Shown: positions 29,720-36,825 of the stretch, in pieces | Position numbering within the stretch: position 1 is the stretch's first letter | How the letters are laid out: every line of letters begins with the position of its first letter | DNA from: a virus | Taxonomy: Duplodnaviria; Caudoviricetes | DNA length: 60,196 bases | Strand: one strand, 5' to 3' | IMG/VR virus record: IMGVR_UViG_3300037755_000280 | Location: 1-60,196 of that record | Translations under genes and position numbers: made by a program | Notes under the pieces: generated by a model | Databases searched by the model: none | What the model was told of the DNA's origin: nothing | What the model saw: the letters and a program-made list of their open reading frames with translations, nothing else

Positions 29720-30052
29720 CTACCTCGACGATCCCCCCTGCGGACCGTCCGGGTAGTTCTCGTACAGCCACGTGTCCATCTCCTGGACATCGTGCCTGGT
29801 CAGGAGCTGGTTGACCCATCGGGGGACGAGGTTCCCGGGCGGGAAGGGGTATGCCTGCACCGCCCCGCCGGGGTTGATCTCCTTCCTGCTCGCCTCCAGC
29901 ACCGCGGTGATGATGCCGTGCGCTTCGACGATGCAGACACCCAGGAATCTCTCACTGGTGGCGAAGCTCAGCCACCACCAGCCCAGCGGCTCGGTGGTGA
30001 CTTCCTGGAGGGCCTGGAGCTGCATGCGGTTCGCGTGCTGCTGGTTGACCAT
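29720..30052 (-). CDS. hypothetical protein
   Basis: GGAGGTAG RBS; WWWLSFA...FLGVCIVEA...INPGG. Confidence 0.7.
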   Translation of the reverse strand: MVNQQHANRMQLQALQEVTTEPLGWWWLSFATSERFLGVCIVEAHGIITAVLEASRKEINPGGAVQAYPFPPGNLVPRWVNQLLTRHDVQEMDTWLYENYPDGPQGGSSR

Positions 30053-30072
30053 GATCTACCTCCTGCTCGGTC

Positions 30073-30333
30073 CTACTCCTCGACGACGGGCGCCATCTCC
30101 GCTGTCGCCTTGTGCGCCCACATGGAGGCGTTCTCCAGGTTGCGGACCGCGATGCGCTTGGCGCGCCCGCGCGGCAGGAGGTCGTTGATCTTGACGGTGA
30201 AGTCGATGAACGCCAGCCGCAGCTCGCGGTGGATGGGGAGGGTCGCGTTCTCGCCCTCCACGGTGGCCTTGTGGAAACCGAAGAGGTGCTTGATCTCCTC
30301 AAGGGTCAGGTCGTCGTGCTCGTCAGTGGTCAC
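30073..30333 (-). CDS. Acb2/Tad1-like helical hairpin protein (putative immune-signal sponge)
   Basis: FGFH...R...LLPRGRAKRIAVRNLENASMWAHKA resembles family pattern FxYH...SREKSLAxTKLEEAxMWANxA. Confidence 0.65.
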   Translation of the reverse strand: MTTDEHDDLTLEEIKHLFGFHKATVEGENATLPIHRELRLAFIDFTVKINDLLPRGRAKRIAVRNLENASMWAHKATAEMAPVVEE

Positions 30334-30932
30334 AGTTTCTCCTCTGCGTGGTCGGCCATCTCGATCAGGTCGTCGCCCAGCCTACGGGCGAGGTCGACGT
30401 CCAGGGCGATCGGTCCGTGCACGAGGAGGTCGCCCTCGTAGCGCACGCACTTGTCGGACAGCAGGGTCCACAGCTCCAGCAGGACGCGCGGCTCCCGGTC
30501 GGTCTTGCGCACGCCGACGACCCGGAACGACTCCGGCTCGCAGGCTGTGTTGTGGCGAGCGATCTCCGCTTCACCGATGTGATGGTCGACGTCGTCGTCG
30601 GCCGCTTCATCGTTCACGCTCGGCAGTTCGGTGCTCGCGTCGAGGGCTTCGCCGGGCGCCGGCTCAGGTGCGGGGGCCGGGTCTGCACGGGGCTTCTCGC
30701 CGGTTCCCGTGTGCACCACGATGCGACCAGCCGCGCGGCCGTTCTCCAGCAGGTCGTACATGTTCCGCATGGCCCGGTGGATCGTGAAGGCACCGACGCC
30801 GAACTCGCCTGCCAGCACCTGCGTGTACGGCAGCGCCTTGCCCACCGGGTACTTCCCCTTGGCGATGCGGTCACGCATCACCCGCTCCACCCACTGGGCG
30901 CCCGTCTCGCTTGGCTTGCGCTTTTCACTCAC
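30330..30932 (-). CDS. GntR-type winged HTH protein with extra C-terminal domain
   Basis: RDRIAKGKYPVGKALP...LAGEFGVGAFTIHRAM. Confidence 0.8.
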   Translation of the reverse strand: MSEKRKPSETGAQWVERVMRDRIAKGKYPVGKALPYTQVLAGEFGVGAFTIHRAMRNMYDLLENGRAAGRIVVHTGTGEKPRADPAPAPEPAPGEALDASTELPSVNDEAADDDVDHHIGEAEIARHNTACEPESFRVVGVRKTDREPRVLLELWTLLSDKCVRYEGDLLVHGPIALDVDLARRLGDDLIEMADHAEEKL

Positions 30933-30989
30933 TGTCTACCTCCAGATAGTTAGCAACACGGGGAGCTTAATGCCTCATGTGCTGCTGGC

Positions 30990-31229
30990 CTACTGAACGG
31001 GCGGTACCTCCTGTGCATGGTCGGCCATCTCGATCAGGTGCTCACCCAGCGTGCGAGCCAGCTCCGGATCGAACGTGAGGGGTAGCGGGTAGAACATCTG
31101 CTCGCCCAGCCAGAACTCCAGCGCGACCATGCACATGTCTCCAGCAGGGAACGACCGGTCGCCGGCCTGGAACCCGGTGACTCGCCACCTCTGGCCGACG
31201 TTGGTGCCGTCGACACGACACGCCTCCAT
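30990..31229 (-). CDS. hypothetical protein, paralog of the GntR protein C-terminal domain
   Basis: GGAGG RBS; shares LARxLGxxLIEMADHA. Confidence 0.7.
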   Translation of the reverse strand: MEACRVDGTNVGQRWRVTGFQAGDRSFPAGDMCMVALEFWLGEQMFYPLPLTFDPELARTLGEHLIEMADHAQEVPPVQ

Positions 31230-31240
31230 CTGGTTGCCTC

Positions 31241-31558
31241 CTAGGGGTTGATGTACTCGCGTGCCGGGTCCCCGCCTGGCCGGCGACGGCCGGTGTAGGG
31301 GTCTCGGAACCATCCCACCGGTTCGGTGACCGGGTGGTTCCCGTCCCAGGCTCGTGCTGAGCGTATGGCTTCTTCGGGGCCTGTGTAGCACCAGTGCTTG
31401 TCGAAGGAGGGCTTCTTGTCGGGTCCGACGACGAGCGCCCAGGTGAACGCCTTCTGCACGAGCCACACGACGTAGTCGTCCTCTAGCTCGCGGATGCGGT
31501 ATCCGCCGCCGCCGGCGTCCCACGGGTAGGTCCGGAAATCGTCCTCACTGCTCACCAT
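31241..31558 (-). CDS. hypothetical protein
   Basis: AAGGAG RBS; WCY..EPVGW.R...GRRRP. Confidence 0.7.
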   Translation of the reverse strand: MVSSEDDFRTYPWDAGGGGYRIRELEDDYVVWLVQKAFTWALVVGPDKKPSFDKHWCYTGPEEAIRSARAWDGNHPVTEPVGWFRDPYTGRRRPGGDPAREYINP

Positions 31559-31608
31559 GTGCTCCTTCGTGTGGACATCGTAGGGGGCATATACGGGGAA
31601 GTTTTCAG

Positions 31609-31695
31609 CGCAGAACCCCGTGACCTGCGGGTTCACGGGGTTCTGCGGGACATCAGGGGGGACATGACACCCGCTCTTGTAAAGCGGGTGTCATG
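31609..31695. terminator. two tandem hairpins downstream of Ro60
   Basis: CGCAGAACCCCGTGA/TCACGGGGTTCTGCG (31609-31647) and CATGACACCCGCT/AGCGGGTGTCATG (31663-31695). Confidence 0.6.
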
Positions 31696-31745
31696 CTTGT
31701 GGGGGCTTCTTGCTCGTCTTGCGCGTCATGAAGAGCGCCATCTCC

Positions 31746-33446
31746 TTAGAGCTTGCCCTGGATGAAGTTCGAGATCACGGCCGGGGCCGAGGAGTCGAAC
31801 CCGACCACGTTCAGGGTGCCGGGGTCGGTCGGGTCGCCGATGGTGAACTGGGTGGCGGTCATCATGACGACGATCAGCTTGGCGCGGGGGTTGATGCGAC
31901 GGCGGTACTCGGTGAGCGCGTCGACCACCTGCACCTTGCCGCCCCACGTCTCGTTGTCGGAGTAGATGACGAACGCGTCGTACTCCTTCTTGTGAGCCGC
32001 CGCCCACAGGATCGGCAGAGCGCAGTCCGTGCCTCCCCAGGGGAGCTTGCCGGTCTCGGTGATGATGTCGTCCAGCCGCCGGCGGGGGGACAGGCCCACC
32101 TCCTGAATGCCCGAGGACAGCGCGTAGCCCACCCGGTTGGGCTGGTACTGCCCCTCGGGGCACCAGCCGGCGCTGGTGAACGCGACGACGTCGGTGGTTA
32201 CCGGGTCGGCGGCGACGGTGGCCATGGACATGGCGACCGACCCGATCCGGGCGGTGATGCTGGAGTCCATCAGCGGCGCCGACATCGAGGCCGAGACGTC
32301 CAGGCCCACGAGGATGCGCTGGCCGGTGGGCTCCACGTTCTGGAACGCCTTGTAGAAGGCGCCGTCGAGGGCGTCCACGATGGGCTGCTTGGGCGCCCAG
32401 GCCAGCTTGCCGCGGAAGCCGTGTCCACCGGTGTAGGTGGTCAGGGCGGTGAGCACGTTGAACGGGTGCACGCGAGCCTTGGTGATGTGGTCGCCGTCGC
32501 CCAGTATCCGGCCGACGGCGACCACGTACTCGGCCTGGTCGAACACGCCGATCTTCGTCATGCGGCCGAGGTTGCGCAGCATGGCGGTGTAGGGCAGCTT
32601 GCGGTTGGTGATGAGCGCGCGCCACACCTCGGGGTCGGCCAGTGCGGCGCTGGGCAGCATCTCCCACGTCAGCGCGTCGGCCTGGGTGGGGGCCAGGTCG
32701 CCGTGCTTGACCCGCTGGAACTGGTCCAGTACGACCGGCAGGTCGCCGGCGGCCAGGTGCTCCTGGTAGTCGGCGTCCTCGGTGCCCTTGACGGCGTAGC
32801 CGACCACGCCGCGCGGGGTGCCGGTGAGCTTGGGGTGGGCCATGCGCAGGACGTCGCGGTGGGCCCAGCCCTTGCGCGACTGGTACTTGAGCATCTGGTA
32901 GGCCAGGTCGTCGGCGCCCCGGTCCTCGTACCAGGAAGCGACCAGGCGGCGCAGGCTCGCGCCCCACTTGCGGAACATCAGCGCGTACTGAACGAACTCA
33001 AACAGGTGGGAGCCCGTGCGCACGAAGCTGGTGAACTCGTCGTCGATGAGGTCGCGGACGGGGTGGCGCTCCTGGAGCTTCTTGGTCTCCTCCCCGCGCT
33101 GCACCTCGATGGTGTGGGTGGCGGGGGTGAGGCTGTGCAGGATCGCCAGGCCCAGCAGGACGGTCGAGTGGCGGGCGGCGAGGTTGCCGTTGTTGACCTC
33201 CTTGAGGATCTTCCACATGGCGACCGGCTCGCTGGTGGCCATGGTCTGGAGGGTCTGGAAGTTGTGCATGGTCAGGCTGCGCTCGTTGGCGTAGAAGCTG
33301 CCGCCCTCGGAGCCGAGGATGAGGAAGCGGCGCACCCGCTGCGCGTCGTCGACCTGGTAGACGTAGCCGCCGGCGTTGTTGGTGACCTGGGCCGGGTCGC
33401 GGCGCTCGCGCTGGGTGGGTCGGGTGTCGATCTGGTCGTACTTCAT
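31746..33446 (-). CDS. rsr: Ro60/Rsr TROVE-vWA RNA-binding protein (566 aa)
   Basis: NNAGGY...RRFLILGSEGGSFY, KYQSRKGWAHRDVLRMAHPK, LTWEMLPS, TAMLRNL, MIDAS DVSASM, GGTDCALP, SDNETW, VVGFD; GGAGGAG RBS before ATG 33446. Confidence 0.96.
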   Translation of the reverse strand: MKYDQIDTRPTQRERRDPAQVTNNAGGYVYQVDDAQRVRRFLILGSEGGSFYANERSLTMHNFQTLQTMATSEPVAMWKILKEVNNGNLAARHSTVLLGLAILHSLTPATHTIEVQRGEETKKLQERHPVRDLIDDEFTSFVRTGSHLFEFVQYALMFRKWGASLRRLVASWYEDRGADDLAYQMLKYQSRKGWAHRDVLRMAHPKLTGTPRGVVGYAVKGTEDADYQEHLAAGDLPVVLDQFQRVKHGDLAPTQADALTWEMLPSAALADPEVWRALITNRKLPYTAMLRNLGRMTKIGVFDQAEYVVAVGRILGDGDHITKARVHPFNVLTALTTYTGGHGFRGKLAWAPKQPIVDALDGAFYKAFQNVEPTGQRILVGLDVSASMSAPLMDSSITARIGSVAMSMATVAADPVTTDVVAFTSAGWCPEGQYQPNRVGYALSSGIQEVGLSPRRRLDDIITETGKLPWGGTDCALPILWAAAHKKEYDAFVIYSDNETWGGKVQVVDALTEYRRRINPRAKLIVVMMTATQFTIGDPTDPGTLNVVGFDSSAPAVISNFIQGKL

Positions 33447-33468
33447 GCTCTCCTCCATGGGAACGACA

Positions 33469-33499
33469 AGCGGCGCACCCCCCTGGGGGGTGCGCCGCT
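33469..33499 (-). terminator. perfect inverted repeat between the Y RNA array and Ro60
   Basis: AGCGGCGCACCCCCC-T-GGGGGGTGCGCCGCT, followed on the - strand by TGTCGTT. Confidence 0.6.
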
Positions 33500-33507
33500 C
33501 GGACGGG

Positions 33508-33572
33508 TGTCGCGGATGTGGGGTTGAGGCCGGGTTATTTTTCCGATAACCGGCGTTCGTCGACCCGCGACA
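33508..33572 (-). ncRNA. Y RNA-like ncRNA 6 (minimal, 65 nt)
   Basis: UGUCGCGG-GUCGACG..GCCGGUUAUC...CCGGC..CACAU-CCGCGACA; no tRNA-like domain. Confidence 0.75.
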
Positions 33573-33581
33573 GGGTCTGAA

Positions 33582-33703
33582 CGGCGGATGTGGTGTGAGG
33601 CTCGGATGACTGATCACCGGCGTGCCCCTGTGTTGAGCAGGGAGCCGTGTGGTCCAACTCCACAAGGGTTTGTGTTGGATAACCGAGTCTCTTCGACCCG
33701 CCG
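33582..33703 (-). ncRNA. Y RNA-like ncRNA 5 (divergent multi-hairpin domain, 122 nt)
   Basis: CGGCGG-GUCGAAG..CUCGGUUAUC...CCGAG..CACAU-CCGCCG. Confidence 0.8.
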
Positions 33704-33719
33704 CGATTGATTTGTGAGT

Positions 33720-33818
33720 GCGCTGGATGTGGTTTGCGTCCCGGGGACAGCCAGCCTCCCGCGTCAGGCGCGGGCTCGGAGTCGAACCAAGGGTAACCGG
33801 GTCGCTTCGACCCAGCGC
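33720..33818 (-). ncRNA. Y RNA-like ncRNA 4 (T-arm retained, 99 nt)
   Basis: GCGCUGG-GUCGAAG..CCCGGUUACC; T-arm CUUGG-UUCGACU-CCGAG; closed stem CCCGCG/CGCGGG; ..CACAU-CCAGCGC. Confidence 0.85.
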
Positions 33819-33833
33819 TGTGTGAAGTTATGA

Positions 33834-33941
33834 CGTCAGATGTGTGTTGGTGGCCGATGGGCTCCCGCCCAGGCACTACAGGTGCCTACGTCGTGCATCG
33901 TAGGACTTCATGGTGGATAACCAGCCGCCGTCGACCTGACG
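33834..33941 (-). ncRNA. Y RNA-like ncRNA 3 (three hairpins without tRNA sequence motifs, 108 nt)
   Basis: CGUCAG-GUCGACG..GCUGGUUAUC...CGGC..CACAU-CUGACG. Confidence 0.8.
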
Positions 33942-33956
33942 CTTAAGGCGCTTACA

Positions 33957-34085
33957 TGGCAGATGTGGGTTGATGCCGGAAGGTGCTCTGCCTAGTTGAG
34001 CTACCGGGACCATGAAGGGCCCCGGGCGGGATTCGAACCCGCAACCGCCTCCTCCGAATGGTAACCGGCGATCTTCGACCTGCCA
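33957..34085 (-). ncRNA. YrlA-like Y RNA 2 (complete permuted tRNA mimic, 129 nt)
   Basis: UGGCAG-GUCGAAG; T-arm GCGGG-UUCGAAU-CCCGC; closed acceptor CCGGGGCC/GGUCCCGG; D-arm UAGCUCAACUAGGCAGAGC; CACAU-CUGCCA. Confidence 0.9.
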
Positions 34086-34100
34086 CTATATGAAGTTTGC

Positions 34101-34239
34101 CCTGATGGATGTGGGGTGGATGCCGGGGTTTAAGCGTCCTAGGCCGCTGGACGACCCTGGTGGATGACAACCAGGACTGGGATTCGAACCCAGGTTTCTC
34201 CGGTGGAAGCGGTAACCGGCGCTCCTTCGACCCATCAGG
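34101..34239 (-). ncRNA. YrlA-like Y RNA 1 (complete permuted tRNA mimic, 139 nt)
   Basis: CCUGAUGG-GUCGAAG; T-arm CUGGG-UUCGAAU-CCCAG; closed acceptor CCUGG/CCAGG; D-arm CGUCCAGCGGCCUAGGACG; CACAU-CCAUCAGG. Confidence 0.9.
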
Positions 34240-34281
34240 TCTGTCTACAGCGGCCACCGTACACGAGGATGAGGTATACCG

Positions 34282-34602
34282 CTACCTCTTTGTCCTCGTC
34301 GTCCGCGAGACGCCGTCGAGTTCCTTCTGCGCCTCGCCGTGCTCGGCGCACCAGTAGGTGTGTTCGCCCTGGATCGTCCGTCGTAGGACGGCTCGGTTGG
34401 GGGCGTGGGTGTCGTGTGGCCAGTGCTCGTGTACCCACTTGAGGCAGGCGTCGCAGTGGACAGGGTCCTGGACCTTGTAGCTGGCCCATCTGATCTTCGC
34501 CCTGGTGGTCTCCCTGGGCTTGGCTTCACCTGCGCCGCGTCGGGCGTCGTGAGCTGGGGGGAGATCCAGCCCGAGGTCGAGAGTGATCTCCTCCCAGCTC
34601 AC
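34282..34602 (-). CDS. hypothetical Zn-binding protein
   Basis: CDAC and WCAEH motifs; GGAGG RBS. Confidence 0.65.
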   Translation of the reverse strand: MSWEEITLDLGLDLPPAHDARRGAGEAKPRETTRAKIRWASYKVQDPVHCDACLKWVHEHWPHDTHAPNRAVLRRTIQGEHTYWCAEHGEAQKELDGVSRTTRTKR

Positions 34603-34618
34603 GATGACGCCTCCAGGA

Positions 34619-35242
34619 TCATGCGTAGCCGAACTCTTTGGCGCGGGCGACGATCAGATGGCCGTAGGGATGCCGGTTGATCTGAGGGTCGGTGGGTAGC
34701 CCGGTCACGCCCAGCCATGGCCTGTTGGCGTTGATCTTGCCACCGACCTGGAGTAGTCCGGTCTTCACGTCGTTGATCGTGGCCGCGGTCCCGGTCGCGT
34801 ACTCGAAGGCGTCGGCCAGGCTCTCCAGGCTGTGGTGGTCGACGCGCAGCACCCGGTGGTCGTACATGTCCAGGTGCATGTCCCACAGGCCGACCCAGAG
34901 GATGGCGCGGGTGAGGTGGTCGGGGCCCTCGGTGATGGCTGGGCGGTGGGTGGCGACGAACTCCTCGTAGGCGCCCTGACGTTCGCGGAGGAATCCGCGG
35001 GCGATGACGGACCGCACGACGTCGTGCGGGTTGCGCATCATGCGCACGATGGGGATGTCGTCGGGGATGTCGGGCAGGTAGGGGATGGCGAGCCAGGAGG
35101 ATTCTGGGCGTCGTAGTGGGCCGTTGGCCCAGGGGGCGAACTGCTGCTCATGACCGCATGGGCGTCCCATCTTCGTGAAGAAGTGGGACGCCCATGCGGT
35201 TCCTGACCTGCCGCACCCCGTGACGAGGAACGGCTTGTTCAT
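34619..35242 (-). CDS. sulfotransferase-family (P-loop) protein
   Basis: FLVTGCGRSGT (5'-PSB-like), GHE, and MRNPHDVVRS (3'-PB-like) motifs. Confidence 0.75.
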   Translation of the reverse strand: MNKPFLVTGCGRSGTAWASHFFTKMGRPCGHEQQFAPWANGPLRRPESSWLAIPYLPDIPDDIPIVRMMRNPHDVVRSVIARGFLRERQGAYEEFVATHRPAITEGPDHLTRAILWVGLWDMHLDMYDHRVLRVDHHSLESLADAFEYATGTAATINDVKTGLLQVGGKINANRPWLGVTGLPTDPQINRHPYGHLIVARAKEFGYA

Positions 35243-35246
35243 CGGG

Positions 35247-35453
35247 TCAGATCAGCCCCCGGCGTGCGGCGGCGCACTCGGCGGCCTTGAGTGCGCAGGC
35301 GGTGTAGACGCCGTCGCCCCAGCCGATGGACTGGACGGTGTCCTGGGAGCCCTCCTCGATGAGGTCGGCCAGGGTGGGGACGGCGACGGCGGTCTGGATC
35401 TCGTCGATCAGGTCGGGGTCGATGTCGGGGCGGGTGAGCGTGGTGCTGGTCAT
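35247..35453 (-). CDS. hypothetical protein
   Basis: AAGGAGG RBS; TLADLIEEGS...Q..GW....ACAL. Confidence 0.65.
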   Translation of the reverse strand: MTSTTLTRPDIDPDLIDEIQTAVAVPTLADLIEEGSQDTVQSIGWGDGVYTACALKAAECAAARRGLI

Positions 35454-35908
35454 GGTGCCTCCTTGTGGGTGATGTCCAGTGGCAGATCTCGTAGCCACTG
35501 GGCGATTCTCTGACGATCCCACCCGTCAGGTCCGGGGTTGGCGGGGTGGTGGCTGTCGTTGAGGTGAGCGATGACATGTTTGACCAGGTCACGCTCGCGC
35601 TGGCAGGCGCACGGGTAGGCGACCTTGGCTTCCAGGACGGGGTAGCGCTCGGCGAGCCGCTCCTGCGGTCCCGCCTCGGCCACGGCCTGCAAGATGATCG
35701 GGTGCAGCGTCTCCAGGTAGGTTTGCGTCGAGATGCTGGACTTCATCAGCTCCTCCAGCTCCTCCTGGATCTTCTCGATCTGGGCCTGTGCCTGGCTGAG
35801 GCCGACGGCCGCGACCGCCGAAAGTGACAGCGGCCCACCGAACACGATGTCGTGCGCCGGATCGCAGAACGTGATCTCGACGGTGATCTCCTTGATGGGG
35901 TCAGTCAT
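35450..35908 (-). CDS. hypothetical protein
   Basis: IAHLNDSH...WDRQRIAQWL motif; operon packing. Confidence 0.65.
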   Translation of the reverse strand: MTDPIKEITVEITFCDPAHDIVFGGPLSLSAVAAVGLSQAQAQIEKIQEELEELMKSSISTQTYLETLHPIILQAVAEAGPQERLAERYPVLEAKVAYPCACQRERDLVKHVIAHLNDSHHPANPGPDGWDRQRIAQWLRDLPLDITHKEAP

Positions 35909-35910
35909 CG

Positions 35911-36825
35911 TCAGGCGCCCTTGATCGGTCGCACGTCCAGGCGCTGGTGTGCGGGGCGGACGGTGGCGCGGACCTGGGCCTCGTTGACGTTGACCCAGCG
36001 CACGCTGGTCGTGCCGGTGGAGCCGGAGACGCCATGGAGCGTCTTCTTGGCTTCGTTCCTCATCCGCTTGCCCTCCTTCTCCATCGCGGCGCCCTCGACG
36101 TACAGGTCGACAGCGGCCAAATGTATGGGGTGATCGATGAGTCCCCCGGGAGTCCAGTCTCCACGACAGGCGGTGAAGAACTCGCAGAAACGCTCACACC
36201 ACACCGCGGGTTCATCCCGTGGGACGTCGGACAGGTCGAACGTGGCCGCGTACTCGGCCTCGTCGATGCGGGCCTCGATCTCCTGGATGACGGCCATGTC
36301 CAGGGTGGAGGACATGACCACGGGTGTGGCCCGCTCGCCCGAGCGGTCGAAGTAGACCAGGTGGCATTCGGCGTCTGCGGGCAGCAGCCCCATCTGGATG
36401 GCGCCCAGCAGGTAGAGCATGACCTGCGCGACGTTCTTGAAGGGGGCGCCGTCGCGGGTGATGGTGGCCAGGCCGTCGCGGGTCTTGAAGTCGATGAGTC
36501 CGTGGTCGGGGTCCAGGACGTCGGCGGTGCCGCGCACGATGCGGCCCGAGGGGAGCGTGACGGTGATCTTGACCTGGGCCTGGGCGCCGGGGTGGGTGGC
36601 GACGTAGGCGTGTTCGAGGTGGTCGCCGACGGCCGTGCCGATGAACGCTGCGACGGGGGGTTCGCCGCGTTCATCGGCAGGTGTGCCGGCCAGCATATGC
36701 GCCAGGTAGGCGCGGCAGCCACCGAGGTCGGACGGTCCCAGGACGTGTGCCTTGGACTGGAGGGTGCGTGCGCTGTTCATCGACGCGGCACTGTATGCCT
36801 CGACGATCTCGGTGGCCAGGTTCAT
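35911..36825 (-). CDS. Cas4/RecB-like PD-(D/E)XK exonuclease
   Basis: LGPSDLGGC, GTAV, GTAD, IDFKT, Q..LY, CERFCEF..AC. Confidence 0.85.
   Translation of the reverse strand: MNLATEIVEAYSAASMNSARTLQSKAHVLGPSDLGGCRAYLAHMLAGTPADERGEPPVAAFIGTAVGDHLEHAYVATHPGAQAQVKITVTLPSGRIVRGTADVLDPDHGLIDFKTRDGLATITRDGAPFKNVAQVMLYLLGAIQMGLLPADAECHLVYFDRSGERATPVVMSSTLDMAVIQEIEARIDEAEYAATFDLSDVPRDEPAVWCERFCEFFTACRGDWTPGGLIDHPIHLAAVDLYVEGAAMEKEGKRMRNEAKKTLHGVSGSTGTTSVRWVNVNEAQVRATVRPAHQRLDVRPIKGA

Noticed and set aside
33957-34239. Canonical tRNA genes (GGTTCGAATCC T-loops)
   Set aside because: The T-arm precedes the D-arm, the acceptor-like stem is loop-closed, and there is no anticodon arm or CCA end; this fits YrlA-type RNAs
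33508-34239. CRISPR array or attP site
   Set aside because: Repeats are short, degenerate and structural, unit lengths vary from 65 to 139 nt, and no cas operon or integrase is recognisable
33447-34442. ORFs over the Y RNA region and the 73-codon N-terminal extension of Ro60 to 33665
   Set aside because: No RBS or protein-like character; a strong GGAGGAG RBS marks ATG 33446, where TROVE similarity begins
35911-36825. Cas4 as evidence of a CRISPR system
   Set aside because: Solo Cas4/RecB-like nucleases near ERF are ordinary phage recombination genes
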